From Anthoceros angustus (taxonomy: Eukaryota > Plantae > Anthocerotophyta): 64,000 bases of DNA. Position numbers and translations under genes: made by a program. Positions 52,901 through 64,000 of this stretch are shown piece after piece (positions within the stretch are counted from its first letter, which is position 1; each line of letters starts with the position of its first letter). The stretch lies in contig VJWM01000254.1 in NCBI GenBank assembly GCA_010909165.1, positions 62,001-126,000 on the forward strand, given 5' to 3'. The notes below the pieces were generated by a model. It saw nothing but the letters and a program-made list of their open reading frames with translations, was not told where the DNA came from and searched no databases.

Positions 52901-55900
52901 AAGCTAGTCCATGAAGACACTGAAACTTTCAAGGAGCTAGTCTCAGATATTTTCCCAGGAGTGGACAACACCAAAGAAACTCCCATGGAACTCTCTGCAG
53001 CTATCAGACAAGCAATCCATCAGTTGAATTTAGAGGTAGTAAAACCTTCAATTTTCCTCGAGAATATAACAGCATACACTGACAGCTGTACAGAAAGGTG
53101 GCGGTAAAAGACTCCTCCCCTGATTCATCCAGAACATTTTTGTGGCCAGTTTATGGAGTCACAAGTGCAGAAGGTTATACAGCTGCATGTAGCATGCAGA
53201 CAGCGTATTGGCATTAGCCTTGTAGGCCCATCAGGAAGTGGCAAGACAACAGTTTGGAGGATACTACAGCAAACGCTCAGAACTTTGAATAAGCAAAAAC
53301 TTATCAAAGTGCACGTCCTCAGCCCTAAGGTGAGAAGTCTTGATCACCAGGACTTGTAGGACTGCCGAAAGAAAGCTCTCCTCTATGTCACAACATCAAC
53401 AACGTAAAGGTGTACTGATTGAGCTTTCAGGGAAATCTGGGCAGGCACTATTACGACAACATCTCCTTGGACACATGGATCTGGACACTCGTGAGTGGCT
53501 TGATGGAGTGCTCTCTGCTCTTGCCCGAAAGGTGGCAACTTGCAACCAGCCCTTGTTATAGATGAACAAAGAGGGTAGAATGTTTGGCATAAATATGACT
53601 GGTTACTATGACTGCTTACGCCATGCAACCAGGTTGCCAAAGAACCCCCAGAACAGCGGTCATGGATTGTCTGTGATGGAGATGTTGACCCAGATTGGAT
53701 TGAATCACTCAACTCCGTTCTCGATGACAATCATATTCTTACTCTGCCAAGGTACAGTGGACAAAAGTCCTCTAGGTGAGCAGGTATTGACTATATAGCA
53801 ACCAGAAAACTTCATAAACCACAAAATGAGTGAAAACTTCTCACTCCACACATCTGATGTGATCAGTGGAGAACGAATTCAACTCAGCTCAAAAGTAAAC
53901 TTTCTCTTTGAATGTGAAAACCTTAAGTTTGCCTCACCCGCAACAGTAAGCAGAATGGAGATGATTGTTTTCTCTGAGGATGATGTCAGTCTGGATGGAA
54001 TTGGTGACAAGTGGCTCTCGTCTCAGGTCAGTCTCACTGTCTCCTACTGCTAGATCTATCTACTTCTGAATTCATGAGTTCTGATTAACTATGGTGCTGT
54101 ACTTTTTGACTTGAGCGCTGCATTACATCCTTTGGGCTGTGAATAAATTTGCAACTAGGGAAAGGAAACGGTGACGCAAGCAAGGAAGTGGTTTCAAGAA
54201 ATCTTCAAGAAAGCCTTTCATTGGGCAAGCACACATCCAACTATCATTCCAAGAACTAAGGTCTGTATTGACAAAGGTCTCAGCTCGATGCACTTCTGGA
54301 CCTGACATCTGATGCTTACGGGCAAGTGAATACATTCATCAATAATGAAGGAGGATCTTGATTTGCAGATGGGAATTATACAGGACGCCCTTTCCCACAT
54401 AAATGGAGTGCATTGTCTACAAGGTTTTGTTCAAGGACTTGCTTACGGCTTAGGAGCAAGCATGAGAACAGAGATCAGAGCCCAGCTGTTTTCTGAGATC
54501 GAGAAGTTGTCAGGACTTCCTGTTCAGAAACCTTCCTGGAACAGCCTCCCTTGCCTAACACGCTATGCCCCACAAAAAGACTGTACAACAGACATGGTCG
54601 ACGTCGAAAACATGTCTCAAACAGCAGCAATGGTCTGGCCCTGGATTGAAACGTTCCAACCAGTTCTTTTGGTAAGTGATGTAGAGCAGATGATACTCTG
54701 GTCATGGTAGGCAGAACTACTGGGGTAAAACAAATCTCTCAACGAACTAACTCTCAGGTGGGTCCCGAACAATGCGGCAAGAATACCCTATTGCAGTACT
54801 GTTTTCAGAGATTGACATCCACCGCCGTAACAACAATATTTTGCAGGTGCAAGTCCACCTCATAACTCTGATAGATATGCAAAGACGCTGAGACTTGCTT
54901 CTTCTGAGTTTAAAGAATTACAAACTCATATTAACCTGAACTTTGTCCGCTTTCAGTGCAAAGACACGAGTACAGGAAGTTGTGGAGAGGCTCAACCAAC
55001 TGGGCACGACATGTGTTGGCAAAGACGGTTGCAAGATACTCACTCCCAAGAACAGCAGACACCTGATAGTCTACCTTCGCAATGTTAACTTTCCTGAACC
55101 AGACAGGTATCTCAATCCAGCCCGTTAGGGCACAGTGACACAATTTGGAACTAAAGTGTCTAGTCACATGCCGACTACGAATGCATTCTGCACCTCACAG
55201 ATATGAGACCAGCCAGCTAATCTCATTTTTGAGGCAGCTTATATGCTACCATGGCTTCTACAACAATGACTTGGAATTTGTTCATCTGGAGAACATTCAG
55301 GTGCTAGGATCAATCACCTTTCAATACCAACTTTCTCCCATACTTCAGTTCACTTACTATCAGAGCTTCAGGGTATCAGAGCTTCAGGGAAATGACTTGC
55401 ATACAATATAACAAACAACTGCCTTAAAAGTTCAGAAACCATTAGAGCAATGAACTATCAGCTGTTGTGCTGCAGATTGTTGCAACCATGCATTCAGAAG
55501 CTGACCAAGGCAGCTATCCTTTGACAAAAGGATTCACGAGCATTGTCCGAGTTGCATTTATGCCATACTCTTCGCAAGAGCAACTTTTAGTAATACATCT
55601 TAACGACGACACGACATTCAGGGATTAAACATTCATGAAATATACATTGCAAACATATTCCCCCCTTGCAAACCCTTTCTCTGTACATGAAACTCACAGG
55701 TCATTTACACCAAGATGCTACACAAGGTCCTGCTTCAGGCAATGCCACAGGACTCTACCTGGAGAGTCACCAACAACATTAGAGAGTTAGCAGGTAACGA
55801 TCTTTTCACTGATAATCAAATAGGAAGCCTAAACAGTACAAGGCTGCCGGGTGCTTTGCTATTGCTGGAACAGAATATTAATGGATGTGATCTTCAACCC

Positions 55901-58900
55901 AGGAAAACTGCTGGATGTATACCACGAGCTGGAAAACGTAGAGTCCCCACAAAACAACAGCCACTACAAATTTTCTCCACGTATTCTATCAAACTGGATC
56001 CTGGTGAGCTGCGTTCTGAGCCATGGCACAGTAGCAATCTGTAATCTGCTGCCTTGAACTACCAGAGTCAACCCTCAAAACCTTCTGGGATGGAACATAA
56101 GTTACACAGGGTGATAATAAGTGACGTATCCTACTGCATATCTCACAGGGTCTCCAATTCTATAACCTGAGAGATGTTGGCGTTCAAGATGCGCTTGCAT
56201 ACGAGGTGACACTAACAGAACAACATTTATCATGATTGTATTCACTTTGGCATTTAACAAACGGGTTTTGCCACAACCGTGTACAGGCTGTTTGCATAAT
56301 CAGAGATCAAATGACACTTGCAGAAGAGAAGACCCGTTTTGACAAAATTATGACGAGGAACTTCAAGACACAGGTTCTACAAAGCATATTCAATCATCAC
56401 AATTTATGTAGCCCTTCCCTTCCTCACTTTGTCTGTCCATTCAGATGAGCTTACCACAACCTGATAAGGTGTTTACGACATGGGTCATGTCCAAGGCCCA
56501 CTTAAAAGCCAATAGGCTTAATAACGGCAAACTCCTCAGCTTGATGAGCATCGATGACTTCCGTGGACTAGTGGCAAATGCCTTGACCTGCTATGAACGG
56601 GAAAACAAGCGCCTAGATATTGTTCTGTTTCCAGAGGTACATCTACCAAATTGCAGAACCTTCATCACATTTACTTGTATACAGCGAGATGATGCATGGA
56701 TGTCACCATGTCAATGCAGATAGTGCATAGAATCGCTAAGATGCACCGCATTTTATCACGGCCCGGTGGTTCCATGTTACTGGTTGGAAGGACTGGAGTT
56801 GGGAGACGCACGTGCACAACCTTGGTTTCCCACATGCACCAAATGACAATATTTACTCCCACAGCCTCACGCAGGTAGCAGCCCTTCCACTTCATATAAA
56901 CGTGATGGACGATGAAACACATGCGATGCAACTCACTTTAAGTTCCTCTCGTTTGACAGCTATGGGAAAAAGGCATTTCTATCTGACATCAAGAGCATAC
57001 TTCAGGTAGCAGGGGTAGAAGGACAAAATGTGAGTTCTCAGCAAAACACATGTTTACAATCTGTGAGGTGCACAATAAATTCAATGCAACAATCCTAGTC
57101 CTACAACAGTCAGGAATCAAAGGAATGTTGTTAGATTATGAATTCCTTAGATCTGACTCAACCGGATATGTCTTGTAGATAGTATTGTTTCTGGAAGACC
57201 ATCAGCTGTTTGAGCCTTCCACTCTCGAAGTTGCAAACAGTCTGCTTAGTGGTAATGACTTTTCTGAGTTCTACTCCGCAGATGAACTTCAGGTGCATGC
57301 TTAACCTGTCCAGACTCAATGCTTCGTTTGATAATCCGCTAAACATCACAAAGAATCAATCTGGCTTCTCTCAAACTATAATTCATTGACTTGAGGCCAG
57401 GTAGCATTGGCTCCTTTGCAAGAGGTCATGGCAAAGGAAGGCTTTACCTACTCTTCGTTGCTCTCATTCTTCTTCTCCCGGGTAAAAACCTCCACAAAAC
57501 CAGGTGGCTATGAAAATAGGCTACCGTCAGGCATCAAAGTTCTGGATTAACAGCGAGAGATCATCTAAATCAGGTCCGCAAGAACCTTCATGTCATTTTA
57601 AGCATGAATCCAATCAACCCCGACTATGAGTCAAGACGCAGGAAGTATCGAGCAATATTCACCCATTGTACATTGTTATGGCTCGAGGAGTGGTCAGATC
57701 AAGGCATGGCCTTTTTCACTAAGGCCAGGCTAGTTGACAACACATCGACCATCGACAAGGACATGGTTCCTGCAATTGCAGCAGTCATGGTAGCCATTCA
57801 TAGAAGTGTTATTGCTAGAGGGTTATCTGTCAACCCAAGACAATATGTCATATTTGTTGAAGAGTTCAAGCTGATTTCCCGACAAAAAAAGGACAAGCTG
57901 ACAAATCATATGAACCATTTGCGGGTACGTACATCATAATCCCAGGCTCAGGAGAAACAATTGCAAACCGAAACTAAAGAGTACTCAAATTCTGCAGGCC
58001 GGTCTCACAAAGCTGGCAGAAGCTGCAAAGAAAGTAGAGGTCCTATCCAAAGAGGCTGCCATGCAAGAGTCACTTGTAACTGAGAAACAAGCACAAGCAG
58101 AAGATGCTCTCCAGAAAATTGCTAGCACTATGCAGTGTGTCACCTCCAGAAAGGCCGAGATAGAGAGGCTGAAAGTCAGTCTGAATGAAGAGGAAAAAGC
58201 TCTGCAATCACGAAGGCGAGGAGTTGAGGATGAGTTACAGAGTGTACAGCCACAAGTTGAGGCGGCAAAGAAGGCAGTGGGCCAAATTAGAACTGATCAT
58301 CTAAAGTACGTCCATAACTTGACTACGTATACACTGGTCGTGTGTCTCCCAAAACTAACAAAGTTGTTGCCTGCAGTGAGATACGGTCCCTAAAGATACC
58401 ACCTGATGCCATACGTGACGTGCTAGAAGGAGTTCTACGGCTGATGGGGAACTATGACACGTCTTGGTTAAACATGAAGAAGTTTCTTGGGATGCGCACC
58501 GTGAAGGAAGAAATAATGAACTTTGATGCGACCAGAGTCAACAGACAGCTCTGCCGTGATGTGCAAAAGTTACTTCAAGCAAGAGCCAGTTCATTTGAGC
58601 ACAACACCATATACCACGTCAGTGTCGCTGCTGCTCCCCTAGCAGGTAAGGATCTGACTCTGGAAGCGCATGCTGATACAACTTAACCCCATGTCTGTCC
58701 TCCATTAACCAGTTCCAGGATGCCAAAAGGAAGTGTAGAGGGTCATACAGATTTTCTCCAAAATGCAAAACGTAATACTCTGCATTGCCCTTCTGGGTCC
58801 CAGCTTGGGTCAAGGCAAATGTTCAATACGCGCTGGTACTTGAAGGGATCCGCCCTCTCCAAGAACAAATTCTCGGACTCAGTAAGCCCATAGAAGCAGC

Positions 58901-61900
58901 AAAACAGCGTATACAACAATGTGAGGATGACTTGACTAAAGTGGATGAAACAGTTGCAACTTTGAAGCAAGAGTTCAGCAAACGAACAGGGGAAGCAGAG
59001 GCACTTAAAATTAGCTTAAACAACGCTCGTGAGAAAGTAATTGCTGCAGAAGAACTGCTTCAAAAGCTGGGAGGAGAAGAGATGCGGTGGAAGTATCAGG
59101 TAAGCCTAACAACCTACGGAAATTGCAAAATGCGTAAGTCTGTATGCAAACCAAAACTAACAAGTATGCGATGGGCAGGCTCAACAACTGGAAAACGACA
59201 TAAGTGAGCTAGCTGCCTCAGCTATCATGGCAGCAGCATTTATTACATATCTGCCTGCTAGATCGGAAGACTACCGTGAAGCCATGCAAATAGTGTGGCA
59301 GAAGCTAATTCGCTGCACTGATCAACATGGAGGCCCAACCTCTGAAACCAAACCATTCGACATAAAGAATTTCATGTCGACAGACCAGATGGTTGTTTGG
59401 AAAAATGACGGTCTCCCTGCTGATGATTTGTCAATGGAAAATGCTATCGTTGTTCGCCACTCCAAGCTATGTCAGTACATCATCGACCCATCATCTAAAG
59501 TAGCAGGCTGGCTAATTCAGTGTTTCAAAAGAGAACAGACATTGTATGAAGTAGTGGCCCAGAAAGATGCGAATTTCACCAAGTCGCTGGAGTTGGCAGT
59601 ACGGTTCGGAAAAAAGCTGCTGGTCCAAGATGTAGAACAAGTTGAGCCCATGCTCTATCCTTTGCTAAGGAATGACTTAAGTCGCCAAGGTTCCAAGTGG
59701 ACTCTGCAACTTGGTGGTATTTTGGTGGACTACAACGAGGACTTCCAGCTATACCTCTTTACTCGGGAGTCTGCACCTCGGACATCGCCAGATACCATGT
59801 CGATGCTCATGACAGTCAATTTCAACGTCACGAAGTCTAGTCTACGCAGACAGTTGTTGACAACCATTCTGATTCATGAACAACCACAGCTTGAAAAGCA
59901 GAAGGCTTCACTATTAAAGGTACGCAACCTGGCACTGCTGCCGAGTCTTGGCATGGCCCGGCCAGCAAAAATGTTCGACATCCCCTCTCTCTCTATAGGA
60001 GTGAAACATCTAAGAACTAACGACCACCCTTGTAATTGCAGTTAGAAGAACAGTTGCATCTACAACTCATAGAACTTGAGAAACTACTACTTGAACAGCT
60101 TGCAACATCGAAGGGTGACCTCCTGGAAAACAATATGCTTATCAGCTCACTAAATGAAACAAAGATCAAGAGCAGCTCCATCGAAAAGTCACTTGAGGAA
60201 CTTAACACTCTGCAGATGTCCCTGACGGCACAAAGTAACAAATATGAAGTCCTTGCAGACATGGGAAGCTCCCTATGTTTCGTTTTGAAAGGCCTGGCTA
60301 GTCTCAACCCCATGTACTGCTTTGGACTCCAGACTTTTGTACAATTGTTTGAGAGGGCGCTTGATTCTCAGACTGTCAACGAACTACAACAGAGCGAAGT
60401 GGAAAGCTCACAGCAGATAGCACAACGCATCTCCTACTTATCCAAGAGGCTTCTGGGGTTGATATACACCCACATATCAAGGTCACTATACAAAAGTGAT
60501 CGTCTCACTTTTGCTATGCACCTAGCCCAAAGTTTTACAATGCTAGAGCAAGTCTCGAAGCTAGAGCGTGACCTCTTTCTGCGGCTTCTCACATCAACTA
60601 AGTTCATCACTGGCAATGATCAACCATTGGATGAGCAGTTTTCACTTCCTTCTTGGATACCAGCAGCCCAGAAACAAACATTTATGCTCATGCATGCTGC
60701 ACATCCCACACTAGTCCAATCCATGAATATTCACAATTCCCAAATCTGGACAGATTGGATGGAGTCCCCAATTTGTGAAACTAAGTTCTCAGATACCGTT
60801 GCCAGTCATACAAGTTCATTCCAAAGGCTATTGATGATCCAGGCACTCAGGCCCGACAGGCTGGAGCAGGCAATGAAGAGCTACGTCTGTCACACCCTTG
60901 GGCTGTCATCCTTTGATGCAGCACCAGTTTCCCTCCCAGATATACTAGCTTCCGAGACCAGTGCAGACCAACCAATCCTATTCATCACAGCACCGGGAGC
61001 TGACCCCTCGCTGGAGGTAGAAGAATTTGCTCTCCGGCAGGTGGGGAGATCCAACTATCATCAACTGGGCATGGGACAGGGTCAAACTGCAGAAGCTCTG
61101 AAGATGCTACATGACTCCGCAGAAGCTGGACATTGGCTTTTCCTCAAAAATGTACACCTGGTCACAGCATGGTTGCCAACCTTAGAACGGGAGATTCATA
61201 CCCTATGTGCACACCCTGCCTTTCGCCTTTGGATGACATCCGAACCTCACAAGGATTTCCCAGGTAGTTTGGCAGAAGCAAGCTTAAAGATTACATGTGA
61301 GCCTCCCCCAGGAATTACCAACAAGCTCCGAGGAATATATGGTGGATGGACGCAGGAATTTTTCTCCAAAATAAGGCCACTCGAAGGACAAATGGTCTTT
61401 GCACTTGGTCTTCTTCACGCTGCAGTACAGGAGCGAGTAGCATACGTTCCCAAGGGGTGGACAACCCCCTACGAATTCAGCCTTGCTGACTTCAGATCAG
61501 CAGTGGACATCCTGCTCGCTGTCACAAAGAAGAGAGAAGAGCCTCCATGGGCTCACATCCATGGACTGCTTGTATGTGGTATATATGGTGGCCACATTGA
61601 CAATCCAATTGACGCTGCAATTTTGGAGACTTATGTCAAATGCTATCTGTCTGACGCACTCATAACAGCAGGAAAAGCTAACCGAAATTGCCAGGAGCCT
61701 CCAATGGTCCAACAATGTGACTTGGATGAAGGGATCATATATGGGGACACTCGACTTGTCCTCCCAATGTCTTCCAGCTTAGCTGAATACCTGGAGCTTT
61801 TAAGGATACTACCTGATGTAAATGCACCAGCTTTTCTGGGGTTGCCAGCAAATATTGAGACGTCATTGCAGCAATGCAACGGAAGAACCGTGCTCACTAA

Positions 61901-62801
61901 GTTGAAGGCAATGACAGCATTACGTTTAACATCTGGTCAACTGGACAGAGAGCAGCTCTTCACACATCTTTCTGCTCTATTTCAACTATCCGATACCTCC
62001 ATACCCAAAGCACTAAAAGAGCTGGAAGATTCTGTGAGGACCCCGATAAGGGCTCTCCCAGAAGATGCTTCGTTTCCTGTTAAGAAGTTCCTGCAACTAG
62101 AGCTTGAGTTCTCCAAAACAATGTTGCTTACAGTTAAGCAGTCACTCTCTGAGATCTCTGACATACTCAACTCTACGGTGACTCCTGAAGCTCAGAATCT
62201 GGCAGACTGTCAGACTTTGGTTGCAGGTCATATTCTCCAAACCTGGAAAGACTTGTGGGAAGGTCCTGACGATCCTGTCCAGTATCTCAGAGGTGCACTA
62301 CAAAGAAGCGAGGCAGTGAACACCTATTTCCAAATGGCTGCTGCTCAACAACTGCAAATCAATCTGTTACGTTTGTCAAAGGTTTTCCACCCACACAGAT
62401 ATCTTAGTTCCCTTCGACATCAAGCTGCCAGAATGTCCAGGACAACTATAGATAGCCTGGCGCTCGTCACCACATGGGACAGTCCACATGAGATAGAGGA
62501 AAGCATCTGCTCAATCTCAGTTGACTTGTGCATAGAAGGAGCTCTGTTCAACGGATCCAGTCTATCCAGATGTTCTGAGAAGTCACAGCAAATATCTTGC
62601 GTCCCATCTTGCAGATTTTCATGGTTGGGAAAAGACACACCTCACCCATTAGGTTCATTCATGAACATACCCCTGTATGAGACAGTCGAACGATCAAAGG
62701 CCATAGCACAAATACAAGTTCCATGCAAGCCGGAAGAGAAACCACTTTGGCTACTGTCTGGGCTAGCATTCTTCTTACCAACCAAACTGGTGGAGACCTA
62801 G
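43937..62801 (+). CDS. DYNC2H1: Cytoplasmic dynein-2 heavy chain (retrograde IFT motor, DHC1b); 5' end uncertain; many short introns
   Basis: Tail motifs SIADEFLAW and [19 protein letters not shown]; AAA1 [11 protein letters not shown]2 [11 protein letters not shown]3 GPEQCGK and the dynein-2-type AAA4 GRTGVGRRT; stalk/MTBD; C-terminus [10 protein letters not shown]. Confidence 0.95.
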
Positions 62802-63245
62802 AACGCTGCATAATACGTACAGAAGCAGGGTCGAGACCCCAGATTATTGAACAACTCAAAGATGGAGTCCCTAAAATGTGAAAGCATCAACGAGTCTGTT
62901 GTCGAACCAGTAAGCTGCGAAGCACCAACCAGTCTGATACTGAGAGGCAACTCAGCTGGTGGTAACCGCAATCATCCAGGCTCATACAGGCTGAAATTTT
63001 GCAGACCACAGCTGATGGCAGATCAGGGACAAGCATGCTACCAAGTTTCCGGTAGTTTCCGGTTTTGAGGTACATCAATAACACTGACGTGTGTGCACCC
63101 ACCTGCCTGTCACTTGCTGCCCTATGTTTCACGCACCCAGCATGGGAACTAGCTTTCAATTCTCTTGAATCGGCAGCACGAACACTCTTCACAATATCCC
63201 ATGAAGCTTCGACTTGTTCGGCATTCAAGGCAGGTTACATCAGTG

Positions 63246-64000
63246 TTAATAGTGAATGACAATGGGCGAACTAATACTTGGTGAAGAGATCGTTTGTGCT
63301 GTTCCTTTGATATCATCCGCCCATGCTGACAAAAGGCCAGTCTCAGCTTCAGATGATTCATTTTTCTCTAAACCCCCCTCAGCCCCTTCAACAGGGAGAT
63401 TTGGAAGACTCTGACTCACTGCAAACTTCATCCACTTTTTCACCTTCATATATTCTATGGCCGGATATGCAAGTAAGCCAACCACAGAGGCTAAAACACT
63501 GAAGAGTATCGTTTTGGGGGAGGCGATACACATAATGATTATAAGAAAAGTGGATGGTGGCACACACATCAGTGTGATACCCACAGTATTGAGGGGTATT
63601 TTGTAGGGCCTCAACAACTCTGGCTGCTTCCATCGAAGCCAAATGAATGCCGCAAACTCCAAAAGCATGCCAAAACAGTAAAGAAAATTCAGAAACTCTA
63701 CGATCTCCTGAAAAGTCATTGAAGACAACAAGAGTACACCCAGCGCAGAGCAGAGTATCCCCAACACAGGAGTCCCATAGACAGATCTACGGGCAAATAC
63801 TTCGGGCAGCATACCCAGCTCTCCCATTCCAAGCAGCTGATAGGAGTCACTGCTCATCTCCGCCTCAAACAGACCCATGTTAGAAAGTGCAGCTGCCACC
63901 TCTACCCACCACTTTAATCCAGCACCACCTATGACCATTGCAACATCCGCAAAATACCCAGCCTCCCATGCAGATTGCTTTAAATCCAGGGCTCCTGTCC
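63246..64000 (-). CDS. Polyamine uptake transporter (PUT/LAT, APC superfamily), 5' part outside window
   Basis: GYFADVAMVIGG...SNMGLFEAEMSSDSYQLLGMGELGMLP...YGTP...LEFAAFIWLRWKQPELLRPYKIP; the frame is open to the window edge. Confidence 0.9.
   Translation of the reverse strand, partial: TGALDLKQSAWEAGYFADVAMVIGGAGLKWWVEVAAALSNMGLFEAEMSSDSYQLLGMGELGMLPEVFARRSVYGTPVLGILCSALGVLLLSSMTFQEIVEFLNFLYCFGMLLEFAAFIWLRWKQPELLRPYKIPLNTVGITLMCVPPSTFLIIIMCIASPKTILFSVLASVVGLLAYPAIEYMKVKKWMKFAVSQSLPNLPVEGAEGGLEKNESSEAETGLLSAWADDIKGTAQTISSPSISSPIVIHY

Overview
Gene-dense nuclear DNA of a seed-free land plant with flagellated sperm and a compact genome (short GT-AG introns; hornwort- or lycophyte-like, species not determinable from sequence). 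Bases 1-19.5 kb are accessory-like. They hold an AT-rich clade-I-type SWEET transporter, decayed PPR-like sequence and an intact CYP71-clan P450 flanked by a 5' and a 3' P450 relic. They also hold an intronless HSPA12-type Hsp70-fold ORF with all ATP-binding motifs degenerate, an EF-hand mitochondrial carrier and a repeat/TE-like tract. Bases 20-64 kb are mostly conserved genes: RRC1/U2SURP, RHM (UDP-rhamnose synthase), NUDT3, two tandem SLX1-like GIY-YIG genes (one predicted catalytically dead), TMA7 and an Ap4A/RppH-type Nudix hydrolase. Further along are a tRNA-Val pseudogene, a cryptic multi-exon TOM2A-like tetraspanin head-to-head with the cytoplasmic dynein-2 heavy chain gene (with a 36-bp palindrome between them), and a truncated polyamine transporter. 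Best leads: the pseudo-ATPase Hsp70, the active/dead GIY-YIG pair, and the tetraspanin-palindrome-dynein-2 divergent unit. All gene models were built by hand from splice signals and remembered family motifs; no searches were run.
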